Program-made: the position numbers and the translations under genes
Source: Puniceicoccaceae bacterium
GTDB taxonomy: Bacteria > Verrucomicrobiota > Verrucomicrobiia > Opitutales > Oceanipulchritudinaceae
Assembly: GCA_040830765.1 (NCBI GenBank)
Contig: JBFOMH010000024.1
Coordinates: 13,476-77,475, forward strand
DNA length: 64,000 bases
Direction: 5' to 3'
Part shown: piece by piece, positions 18,091-26,833 of the stretch
Numbering within the stretch: the stretch's first letter is position 1
Layout of the letters: each line of letters opens with the position of its first letter
Notes under the pieces: model-generated
The model's input: only the letters and a program-made list of their open reading frames with translations
Told to the model about the DNA's origin: nothing
The model's database searches: none

Positions 18091-20208
18091 TTAATCAGTG
18101 GGTAATCCCTGCGTCCCGGGTACATCCTTGTGCCGGGTCATCAACTTTTTTGGCCGGATAGGCGGCATGCAGCGACGGTCACTTTCATCCGTTGCCTTCT
18201 GTTGGGCCTTCGGGTTGAGACACAGGAGCCCCGCCAACGCACCCAACCAAAGACAGGCATCGAGCACTTGCACGGATTCGCTGGTCACATCCATTGTCAG
18301 GATGTGCATCAATACCTTGAGCAGGAAGGGAAACACCAGCACGGCCGCAAGGTACTTGCGTTCGGAAAGCCCGATCATCCAACCAACCAGGGCGGCGAAA
18401 AGCAGCACCCGGTAGAACCACTTGTAAACCGGAACGATAGTCTGGTTATAGGTCACCAATTGCTTATTGGAGCGCTTTTCCATCACCTGAACCACGGTTC
18501 CAGTCGCCCGCATGATCTTGACCAGTTCGGTGCGGACTTCTTGTGCCTGACGCTCTGTCCGGAATCTCGTCCAGACGCGATAATCGCTGTTCAAGGGTTC
18601 CTGACCGTAAGTGTTCACGTCAGGCAGGAATAGCCCCCAGCCGGTAAGTCGTCCCCACGCAACCAGTTTCGCCCGCAGGGGGAGTTCGTCCATGGATGCT
18701 TCGGCCAGCCCGGAAAACTCCTTCATGGCCGGACCATCGAATGAATAATCGTTAGAGGCCCGTTCATTGATGATCTTTCCATATGCTGGTGAACCTACAA
18801 GGGCCCGGACTTCAAACATACCGCTGGTAAAAGGTGCTACTGCTGATGGACCCGGCAAGCTGCAGACGGCAGGATTATCCGCTTCCAGGCTACTTAAGTA
18901 AAGAGATCCTCCAAACAGGACGACAAAGGGAATAACGGCTTGGCTGGCGGCTCTCCAAAGCACCGACATACCCCAGAATTCACTACCTCGGACCTTCACG
19001 GTCCACCACACCGTGCCCGATACCAGTCCAATCGGGAGCATGTACAACATCAAGCCGGTGGGGGTAATGGCCGCCGTCCAGAAGGCAAACAGGCTGAAGA
19101 GGATAATCCCAAGCCAGCGCAAGAAACCATCCCTTTGCCAATAGAGCAAAAATGCGGCCATGGAGAGCATCCAGCAACTAGCGGCCACACTCTCCACCCC
19201 TATGTGCCGACTGGCAAAGATTACCGGGGGGGAGACCATGGCAAGGAGGACAATCGGCCCGAGAAAATATCCCTGAATCAGGCGCACCAGCGACAAGCCA
19301 AGAATCAGCAGGGCCAGACAGAAGAAGATTGCCTGGACAATGGTGTGATTGGTCAGGTCCCAACTTGTCCATTCACCCACTTGGGCCAAAAACGTGGGAT
19401 AACCCGGCCGATGGCCTTGGGAAGGCAGATCGGAGCCATCGCTCGATGTCCCGATTGCCTGTAACAGGTACCCCTCGCTTTCTCCCGGGGAAAATGCCGG
19501 CATTGCATGCCGGACCAGATGTAGATGGGCAACCGCTCCAATGATGGCACAAACCAAAAACACGAGGACCTCGTGGAAGGGAGCCTTCTTCCGGTAGGCA
19601 TGGACGCCATCCGGGAAACGGACAAACGTAGCCAGGGAAAAGAAGAGAATGAATCCAACAACGACAAATCCAAATGTGGCCTTGAACCAGATGGCGAGCC
19701 ACTCGAAGGGTGATGTTGTCGGTAGGTAAACGGAAACCGGAACCGCACCTCCGGGTTCAGCCTGGACCCGGTAGCCAGTGCTGATCTTGTTCACCCGGAC
19801 GCCAGTTTCGTCGAGTTCATCCAGCAAGGATAGATCCATCGAATAGGTCTCCGCCCCCTCAGTCAGGCAGGTAACATTGAGATCCTTCAGGACGACATCA
19901 CCGACTGTTCCGTCCGGGAAGACCAGTGCCAATTCATAGGAGGGACGAGGCGGCAACTCTGTCCCCCACTTCCATTGATAGCCCTCAGGATCTCCAAGTG
20001 GCACCAAAGGAAGTGGCTCCTCGTCGACGGCATACGCCAACTGGACGTTCTGGGCGGAGCCTGCACCAAGGGAGAGGACAACTGGATGGTTGGATGCGTG
20101 CCACCAGGGAAGAACAAATGCCATCAATAAAAGGTACAGCACCAGCTCAACTACCGCGAAGCTGATATAAAAGCGGCGCAGGACAACCTTTTGGCGAATC
20201 TCATCCAT
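18091..20208 (-). CDS. Polytopic membrane protein, GT-C-like (705 aa)
   Basis: N-terminal TM, a soluble domain, then many TM segments; HRPGYPTFLA resembles the R(P)PGYPxFL loop of ArnT/PMT-like GT-C proteins. Confidence 0.55.
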   Translation of the reverse strand: MDEIRQKVVLRRFYISFAVVELVLYLLLMAFVLPWWHASNHPVVLSLGAGSAQNVQLAYAVDEEPLPLVPLGDPEGYQWKWGTELPPRPSYELALVFPDGTVGDVVLKDLNVTCLTEGAETYSMDLSLLDELDETGVRVNKISTGYRVQAEPGGAVPVSVYLPTTSPFEWLAIWFKATFGFVVVGFILFFSLATFVRFPDGVHAYRKKAPFHEVLVFLVCAIIGAVAHLHLVRHAMPAFSPGESEGYLLQAIGTSSDGSDLPSQGHRPGYPTFLAQVGEWTSWDLTNHTIVQAIFFCLALLILGLSLVRLIQGYFLGPIVLLAMVSPPVIFASRHIGVESVAASCWMLSMAAFLLYWQRDGFLRWLGIILFSLFAFWTAAITPTGLMLYMLPIGLVSGTVWWTVKVRGSEFWGMSVLWRAASQAVIPFVVLFGGSLYLSSLEADNPAVCSLPGPSAVAPFTSGMFEVRALVGSPAYGKIINERASNDYSFDGPAMKEFSGLAEASMDELPLRAKLVAWGRLTGWGLFLPDVNTYGQEPLNSDYRVWTRFRTERQAQEVRTELVKIMRATGTVVQVMEKRSNKQLVTYNQTIVPVYKWFYRVLLFAALVGWMIGLSERKYLAAVLVFPFLLKVLMHILTMDVTSESVQVLDACLWLGALAGLLCLNPKAQQKATDESDRRCMPPIRPKKLMTRHKDVPGTQGLPTD

Positions 20209-20338
20209 TAAAAACCTTATGCAGGATTATCAGCATCACCTGAACTTGCAATCGTAGAATGGTCTCAGGCCAGCAATAATATGGCTACCAAAAAAAGGTA
20301 AAGTATTTGTAAATAGATACAAGTGAAGTGGAGGCATC

Positions 20339-20860
20339 CTATTGATGGAACCACTTGAACCCCAAGAGGGATCCCCACAAATGGAAAAACTGGGAATACC
20401 AGTAAGCGGACCGTCGGCGCAGAAAATAGGATGAACCGGACTTGGCGACAACGCCCCAAGTGCTGAGTCGCTCTAACCGCACCGAGAGCATATGCTGCTT
20501 GCCATAGGCGGCTTGTAATTCCTTTCGGCTTATGCTGCCTGCTTGTTCGACGAGGAGCATGAAGTAAAAGCGCCTCCCGCTTTCCGAGACACACATCACC
20601 GAGATGTAAAGCAGCAGCAGGCAAACAAGAGTGATGACTGAATAAACCAACCAGAGAGCCTTCTCGGAGGCAGAATCCCCAAGGAGGAAACCCGCTACAA
20701 CCAGTAGAAGGAGAAGGGCAAAGAAAGCCGAACGGGCAATCGTACCCTGCCCCGGAAGGGATTTCCTCTCCGGAAACAGCTTCAACTGCAATCGGTTCAG
20801 GCCTACCGTAAGCGGAAAGTACAGCAGGAGAATCAAAAGCAACTGTATGGTATCGCCCAT
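20339..20860 (-). CDS. Hypothetical membrane protein, 3 TM + C-terminal winged-helix-like region
   Basis: Three hydrophobic helices followed by SISRKELQAAY...RLERLSTWGVV...YFL. Confidence 0.75.
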   Translation of the reverse strand: MGDTIQLLLILLLYFPLTVGLNRLQLKLFPERKSLPGQGTIARSAFFALLLLLVVAGFLLGDSASEKALWLVYSVITLVCLLLLYISVMCVSESGRRFYFMLLVEQAGSISRKELQAAYGKQHMLSVRLERLSTWGVVAKSGSSYFLRRRSAYWYSQFFHLWGSLLGFKWFHQ

Positions 20861-20863
20861 GGC

Positions 20864-21367
20864 TTAACCTTTTGGATCGTCGAAGCCAGCCGACTTCCTC
20901 AAGAAATGAATGAACTTGAGCGTTCGTTTGCCCCGGGACGCGAGTTGGAGATTTCCCTCAGAATCCTCGCTGGCAAACTGTTCACCGACCAGGCTATCCA
21001 GTGAATTCCCGGAAAGGACTTTTTCAGTCAGGACTGATTTTAAGGCTTCCTCCGGGCATCCCTTTCCACCCGCCTGAGCGACGAGCACTGTTATCAGCAT
21101 GGTCGGGGAAGCTGCCTGAGCGGCGGGGTACCAGAAGATATAGGCACTCCCCAGACTAGTGCTGAGGACAAGGGAGAGGAAGCAGGCGTGGAAGGAAAGC
21201 GATCCAAGAAGAAACAGGACCGAGAGAATAACCAGCGGGAAGAGAATCAAGCAGGCCAGGAGGGCCCTGAGGTCATCAATTGGCCTGGAGAGCCGCCACC
21301 AGGCCAAGTGCAATAGCCAGCCAGCAAGGCATGCCGATATTCCTGTAATGAGAATTCCTATACTCAC
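20864..21367 (-). CDS. Hypothetical membrane protein, 3 TM + C-terminal winged-helix-like region (apparent paralogue of the downstream gene)
   Basis: Likely GTG start at 21367, just after the ThDP gene stop; three TM helices, then GCPEEALK...LDSLVGEQF...LQLASRGK. Confidence 0.7.
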   Translation of the reverse strand: MSIGILITGISACLAGWLLHLAWWRLSRPIDDLRALLACLILFPLVILSVLFLLGSLSFHACFLSLVLSTSLGSAYIFWYPAAQAASPTMLITVLVAQAGGKGCPEEALKSVLTEKVLSGNSLDSLVGEQFASEDSEGNLQLASRGKRTLKFIHFLRKSAGFDDPKG

Positions 21368-21371
21368 GGAA

Positions 21372-23081
21372 TCAGGTCCCTTCCATCTCCAGAGGCTTGA
21401 ACTCGGGCTCCATTTCGGTAAGCGGATGTCCAAATGCAATTTTCGGGTAAACGTTGCCCTCAGGATCCAGCATGACTTGCAGCAACACCGGTCCTTCGGG
21501 ATTCTTCCAGAAGAAGTCAAGGGCGGCCGGAACCTGACTTTCCTCCTCAATCGTCATGGCAGGGATGCCATACGCTTCGCTGACCCTGGTAAAGTCGGGC
21601 GCGGTATAACCCCACATCGTCGAATGATACCGGGAATGGAAATAGCTCTGCTGGAATTGGCGGACCATGCCGTGACAACGGTTGTTGATAACCAGCATCT
21701 TGACCGGAAAGTTGTTTCTCCGGACTGTTTCCAGTTCCTGGAGGTTGAGCTGGAATCCCCCGTCTCCTGCAACAAGGACCACCGGCCCGTTTCCATTGTC
21801 GCATACGGCCCCGATTGCCGCCGGAAGTCCATAACCCATGGCACCCATTCCGCCGCTGGTCAGGAAACGTTGCCCCTGTTTGAGCTCGAGACATTGCGCA
21901 CTCCACATCTGGTGCTGCCCGACGTCAGCGACATAGGCCCGGGCGCTGCCCCCCTGACGGGAAAGGTCGGTCAGGAACCGGCAGGGATTGATGCCTTTGC
22001 TGCTGCGGTATTCTGCTTCGGCCGGCCACTCGGACTGCTTTTTTTCAATCTCGGCGAACCAATCGGCGATGTTCAGGGAGACCTTTGGCATAGTGGCCAG
22101 GCTACTGGAGAGAAACGACTGCAAGTCAGCGACGATAGCCTGGCATCCCTCGACCCGGTTATTGACTTCTGATGGATCAACATCGACGTGGAAAATCGAT
22201 TTCCCGGTCTTGAAGGAATCCACATCAGCACCGGTCTGTCGGATATCGAGCCGGCTTCCGAGTACCAGGAGCCAATCCGCCTGCCCGACGGCGTAATTGG
22301 ACCACCGATTGCCATAGGATCCGTAAAAGCCCACCCTTTGGGGATGCCCGTGCTCGAGGACATCATTTCCCAGCAGTGAGAAAACAGCCGGGATTCCGAG
22401 TTTCTCAAGAAAGTCACGCAATGGCCCGCGGATACCGGGTTGGGCACCACCGCTACCGATAATGGCCAGTGGGCGGCTGGCCGACGACAGGCTGCTCCAC
22501 AGATCCTGTGGTATCCCAACCTCTGCCGTCGACGGTCCATCCGGGAGGATTTCCGTTCGTTCAACAGGATCCCGCTGAACATCCATGGGGATATCGATCA
22601 AAACAGGCCCCGGGCGCCCACTCACAGCCAACGAGAAGGCTTTATCCAGCACATCCGGAAGGCTTGCGGCATCCTGTACCAGCCAGCTCCCCTTGGTAAT
22701 AGGCCTGGCCATGGAAACGATGTCCGTCTCCTGGAAACCGAGCTGGCGCACTCCCCTGTTGCCCTTGAGTTCGTGGGTGTTGACCTGGCCCGTGATGAAG
22801 ACCGCCGGCACGGAATCGAAGAAGCAGGAGCCGATTCCCGTGAGAAGATTGGTTGCCCCGGGTCCGCTGGTGGCCATGGCGACTGCGGGCAGGTTGCGCA
22901 TCCGCCCCAACCCGTCAACGGCGAAGGCTGCCGCTTGCTCATGGTGCATGCTGACCACACGAAGCTGGCCCCGGCGATGCACGGAGTCCAGCAGGTGGGT
23001 AATCATGCCACCGACTACCTCGAAGACAACACCCACCCCCTTTGCATGGAGATAGTCAGCTATGTAATCGGATGCCTTCAT
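21372..23081 (-). CDS. ThDP-dependent acetolactate-synthase-like enzyme, YerE-like by context
   Basis: HHEQAAAF, TSGPGATN, TGQV and the ThDP motif GDGGFQLN...NN; embedded in a CDP-sugar operon with no regulatory subunit nearby. Confidence 0.85.
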   Translation of the reverse strand: MKASDYIADYLHAKGVGVVFEVVGGMITHLLDSVHRRGQLRVVSMHHEQAAAFAVDGLGRMRNLPAVAMATSGPGATNLLTGIGSCFFDSVPAVFITGQVNTHELKGNRGVRQLGFQETDIVSMARPITKGSWLVQDAASLPDVLDKAFSLAVSGRPGPVLIDIPMDVQRDPVERTEILPDGPSTAEVGIPQDLWSSLSSASRPLAIIGSGGAQPGIRGPLRDFLEKLGIPAVFSLLGNDVLEHGHPQRVGFYGSYGNRWSNYAVGQADWLLVLGSRLDIRQTGADVDSFKTGKSIFHVDVDPSEVNNRVEGCQAIVADLQSFLSSSLATMPKVSLNIADWFAEIEKKQSEWPAEAEYRSSKGINPCRFLTDLSRQGGSARAYVADVGQHQMWSAQCLELKQGQRFLTSGGMGAMGYGLPAAIGAVCDNGNGPVVLVAGDGGFQLNLQELETVRRNNFPVKMLVINNRCHGMVRQFQQSYFHSRYHSTMWGYTAPDFTRVSEAYGIPAMTIEEESQVPAALDFFWKNPEGPVLLQVMLDPEGNVYPKIAFGHPLTEMEPEFKPLEMEGT

Positions 23082-23985
23082 GTTTTTCGGTATGGAGAAA
23101 GACAAAGTTGGTCTCAATCGTGGATTCAGTTACCGCATCGACAGGCCGGGCTCCTTCCTTGCCCAAACCGTGGCACTGGTAACCGCGGTCCTTGAAGAAA
23201 GCGATGATGTCATTGGGATGATAATCGAACTTCGCGCTCCATTTCCTCAGCATTTCCGAGAATACCACCGGCTGGTCCTGCTCGATAATGGACGCCGCTC
23301 CCCTGAAGGCGAACAGCTCTGCTCCTTCAACATCACACTTGATAAAATCAACCGGTCCACCGAGGTCCTCCCGCATATCGTCAAGGCGGACCAACTGGCA
23401 GACGACTTCCTCGATCTCCTCGTCTTCGAGAATGTTCTGTTGGCTGGCGGCAACCGACATGTGGCGATGGACAAAGAACCTGGCTTCACCCGGAACGTCA
23501 GAAAGTCCATGCCGATGTAATGAGACATCATTACAATTGTTGATGATGGCATTTCTCTCGAACTGGTCCGCGGTCGCGGGTATGGGCTCAAAGGCGTGTA
23601 TCCGCAAGTTAGGATGCAACTTCTTCAGTCCGATCGAGTAAAAGCCGACATTACCACCTATATCCACGAGAACCGGACTCCCTCCCGGAAGGGAGTGAAC
23701 AAGCTTTTCGACGATCGCAAATTCGTATTGCTCGTAGGAACCGAAATTAACCGCCTCCACGGGGGCTGCCCGCATCTCACCTCTTGGGGCAACTAACTCA
23801 ATGGGTGGCCAGGCAAAACGCACCCTCACCTCTCCTTGTCCTATCTGGATCGACTCGACATCCGAACCATCAATCAAGTCAGCATAGTGAAAGAGCTGCT
23901 GGTGCTGCTCAAACATGCGTTCGATGTAGGCCTGCTTGCCAATCTGGCCGGTTTCGAGGGCCTTTTTAAGTTCGGACGGGTTCAT
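23056..23985 (-). CDS. FkbM-family SAM-dependent methyltransferase
   Basis: DIGGNVGFYS, AFEP and FIKCDVEGAE motifs. Confidence 0.9.
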   Translation of the reverse strand: MNPSELKKALETGQIGKQAYIERMFEQHQQLFHYADLIDGSDVESIQIGQGEVRVRFAWPPIELVAPRGEMRAAPVEAVNFGSYEQYEFAIVEKLVHSLPGGSPVLVDIGGNVGFYSIGLKKLHPNLRIHAFEPIPATADQFERNAIINNCNDVSLHRHGLSDVPGEARFFVHRHMSVAASQQNILEDEEIEEVVCQLVRLDDMREDLGGPVDFIKCDVEGAELFAFRGAASIIEQDQPVVFSEMLRKWSAKFDYHPNDIIAFFKDRGYQCHGLGKEGARPVDAVTESTIETNFVFLHTEKHEGIRLHS

Positions 23986-25040
23986 TGCTGATGAAATTCA
24001 ATGGTTCGGGAAAACCCATCCTGTGGATTGACCCGCGGTTGCCAACCAAGATTGCGCAATTTCTGGATCTGTGGGAAGACTTCCGCTGAGAGGCTTTGCG
24101 TCACCGCTTCAGGATGCATCTGCCGCTTCAGTCCGGCCTCTGGGACTAATCCGATGACGAGGTCCGCCAATTCGGCAACGGACAGCACGGCTTCGGGATT
24201 CCCCACATTGTATACCTCACCGGGCACACCCTTGGTTAGCAGTAACAGCAGGGCACCCAGTGTGTCGCTGATATAGCAGAATGCCCGTCGCCCGGTCCCG
24301 TCGCTCTTCAGGACAATGTCCTCGCCGCGGACCGCATTGCCGACGAAATCGGCAAACACCCGCCCGTCACCGAGGAGGTCCATTCCGGGGCCGTAGGTGT
24401 GGAAAATCCGCGCCATATTTACGGGAAGTCCCCGTTCGCTGAAGGCCTTCCGGCACAAGTCCTCTCCTTTCCGCTTGGCCAAGGGATAGAGGGAACGACT
24501 GGAATTGGAATCAACCTGCCCCAGATCATCCTCAGCCGGCCATGCATTGCCGCAGGTATTTCCATAAACCTCGCTGCTGCTGAAAAATAGGAATCTCCTC
24601 AATGTACCTGGCATGGATTGCTCCAGCAGGACTCCGGTCGCATTGACATTGCACAACTCAACCCCCGCGGGATCTGCTTTGCAGGCAGCGGATGTAGCCG
24701 GGCTGGCGGCATGAATGATAAAGTCGGCCCGGGGGACATCCCAGCTCTCAGGCGAAGCCCAATCGGGGGTAAGGAGGTGGACATCCTTGGAATCGCCCCG
24801 AAGCCATGGAAATGTGCGAACTGCCTTCTCCGTGGATCGAACCCAGAGGTGCAAGGTCAACCCGAGTGAATCAACCTCGTTCAACCACATCAGAAATTTC
24901 GCCCAATATGCCGGAATCAGACCCGTCGCTCCGGTAATCAACCAGGTTGTCTGACCCAGACTGGCCAAATCCAAGCCTGCCCGAAGAGTCCGGAAATCCT
25001 CGACAAGGACGGGATGCAACTGCTCGGAAACCACTCCCAT
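23982..25040 (-). CDS. NAD-dependent epimerase/dehydratase/reductase (extended SDR)
   Basis: TGATGLI, HAASPA, SSSEVYG, YxxxK (YPLAK) and RIFHTYGPG. Confidence 0.9.
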   Translation of the reverse strand: MGVVSEQLHPVLVEDFRTLRAGLDLASLGQTTWLITGATGLIPAYWAKFLMWLNEVDSLGLTLHLWVRSTEKAVRTFPWLRGDSKDVHLLTPDWASPESWDVPRADFIIHAASPATSAACKADPAGVELCNVNATGVLLEQSMPGTLRRFLFFSSSEVYGNTCGNAWPAEDDLGQVDSNSSRSLYPLAKRKGEDLCRKAFSERGLPVNMARIFHTYGPGMDLLGDGRVFADFVGNAVRGEDIVLKSDGTGRRAFCYISDTLGALLLLLTKGVPGEVYNVGNPEAVLSVAELADLVIGLVPEAGLKRQMHPEAVTQSLSAEVFPQIQKLRNLGWQPRVNPQDGFSRTIEFHQQ

Positions 25041-25052
25041 TTGATGCTCAGG

Positions 25053-26021
25053 TTATTCCCCGCCGCCTTCCTTGAATCCGACTTTTTCAGCAACGATATA
25101 TAGCAGGCGGCCTTTTCCCTGATTATAAACCCGGGCCAGATACTCCCCGATAAGACCCAGGAAGAATGACTGCGTCCCGATGCCGAACAAAATCAAGAGG
25201 ACAACCGTCGAAATGCCCGGCGGAGGCAAGGTGGCGAAGCCGGGCTTGAAAAGGTAGATCAGCAGGTAGGCAACGGCCAGACCCAAAGAAACAAGGGTTG
25301 TCAGCACGCCAAAATACGTCGCCACCTGGAGTGGTTTGGCGGAAAAGCAAATAATCGCATTAAGGGCATACTTGATGCAAAAAACAAGACCGGCACTGGA
25401 GCGACCACCTTCCCTTGGGGCCCGATCATAGGGAACGAGTTCACGACGGAATCCAACCCAGTTGACAAGACCTCTCAAATAGCGGTCAGGCTCACGCAGC
25501 TGGCGCAAGACAAGGACAACCTTTCGGTCGAGCAAGCGAAATTCAGTCGCTCCTGGTGTTATGCGCGATTCACTCAGGTGATAGATAAGTTTGTACGAAA
25601 TTACCGCGCCAAGGCTTTTCAGCCAGCTGTCGTCGTGACGCTCACGGACTACCCCGTTGACCACCTCCGCTCCCGCTTCCCAGAGACGGACAAATTCGGG
25701 TATGACTTCCGGCGGATCCTGGAGGTCGGAAAGAAGCGTAATCACCGCATCTCCTTCGGCATGGTCCAGCCCGGCCGTTATCGATGGATCAAAACCGAAA
25801 TTGCGTGAATAGCGGAGATATTTCCAGCGGTTGTCCTTGGTGCAGATTTCCAGTGCCCGCTCGCGGGTCGCATCTTCACTCCGGTTGTCGAGGATCAGGA
25901 CCTCATAGTCGTAGCCGGCCAATTCCTCATCGAACAACCGGGAAACTCTCTCATAGAGGCGCGGGAGATTCTTCTCCTCGTTGAACGCCGGGCAGATAAT
26001 GGACAGTTTCTTCCTCGACAT
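25053..26021 (-). CDS. GT2 polyprenyl-phosphate glycosyltransferase (GtrB/ArnC/DPM-like)
   Basis: PAFNEE, SRNFG, SDLQDPP, FRLLDR, two C-terminal TMs and GEYLAR. GGAGG ribosome-binding site before ATG 26021. Confidence 0.9.
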   Translation of the reverse strand: MSRKKLSIICPAFNEEKNLPRLYERVSRLFDEELAGYDYEVLILDNRSEDATRERALEICTKDNRWKYLRYSRNFGFDPSITAGLDHAEGDAVITLLSDLQDPPEVIPEFVRLWEAGAEVVNGVVRERHDDSWLKSLGAVISYKLIYHLSESRITPGATEFRLLDRKVVLVLRQLREPDRYLRGLVNWVGFRRELVPYDRAPREGGRSSAGLVFCIKYALNAIICFSAKPLQVATYFGVLTTLVSLGLAVAYLLIYLFKPGFATLPPPGISTVVLLILFGIGTQSFFLGLIGEYLARVYNQGKGRLLYIVAEKVGFKEGGGE

Positions 26022-26029
26022 AAAGCCTC

Positions 26030-26812
26030 CTACCAGACTTTCCAGGGCGCCTTGCCGCCCCTCCACAGGTCATTCAACAATTGTGACTCCCGGTAGGTAT
26101 CCATGGATTGCCACCAGCCCTGGTGCCGGTAGGCGTTCATTTGCCCGTCTGCAGCCAGTTTCGATAACGGTTCCTTCTCGAAGACCGGATTATCGTACCC
26201 TTCAAGGTAGTTAAAAATTGATGACTGGCAGACCATGAATCCCCCGTTGACATAACTCTGGTTCAATTGCGGTTTTTCGGCAAACTCACTGACTCCACCA
26301 TCCGCTTCAATCTCAAGGGTTCCAAAGCGACTCGCTGGATGAACCGCAGCAATCGTGCATATCCGCCCGGAGCTGCGGTGTTCCTCTATACTGGCCCCGA
26401 TATCGATATCGGACAACCCGTCCCCATAAGTCAGCAGAAAATCCTCACCCTCGTCGATATAGGACTGGATCCGCCGGATTCGTTCACCGGTCATGCTTTC
26501 CTGGCCCGTCTCGGCCAGGGTCACGGTCCAGTCCTCCTCGGCGTGCGAAGTGTGGTAGCGGACATTCGGATTCCGGCCCAGGGTCAGAGTCACATCACAG
26601 GTGTTCCACAAGTAGTTCTTGAAAAAGTCCTTGATCATATCACCACGGTAACCGAGACAGAGGACAAAATCCTTGTGGCCGAAGTGCGCGTAATACTTCA
26701 TGATGTGCCAGAGCATCGGGCGGCCCCCGATCATGACCATTGGCTTGGGGCGGTACTCCGTCTCTTCCCTGAGCCGGGTTCCCTTGCCTCCGCATAATAT
26801 GACGACTTTCAT
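26030..26812 (-). CDS. rfbF: Glucose-1-phosphate cytidylyltransferase
   Basis: GGKGTRLREET..PKPMV.IG, TYGDG, NGGF and WQSMDT..APWKVW. Confidence 0.95.
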   Translation of the reverse strand: MKVVILCGGKGTRLREETEYRPKPMVMIGGRPMLWHIMKYYAHFGHKDFVLCLGYRGDMIKDFFKNYLWNTCDVTLTLGRNPNVRYHTSHAEEDWTVTLAETGQESMTGERIRRIQSYIDEGEDFLLTYGDGLSDIDIGASIEEHRSSGRICTIAAVHPASRFGTLEIEADGGVSEFAEKPQLNQSYVNGGFMVCQSSIFNYLEGYDNPVFEKEPLSKLAADGQMNAYRHQGWWQSMDTYRESQLLNDLWRGGKAPWKVW

Positions 26813-26833
26813 ACTCCTGGTGTTTCTGGAATT

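Noticed and set aside
21372..23081. Housekeeping acetolactate synthase ilvB
   Set aside because: No ilvN/ilvH or ilvC neighbours, and it overlaps sugar-pathway genes, so a YerE-like role fits better. No gene symbol assigned.
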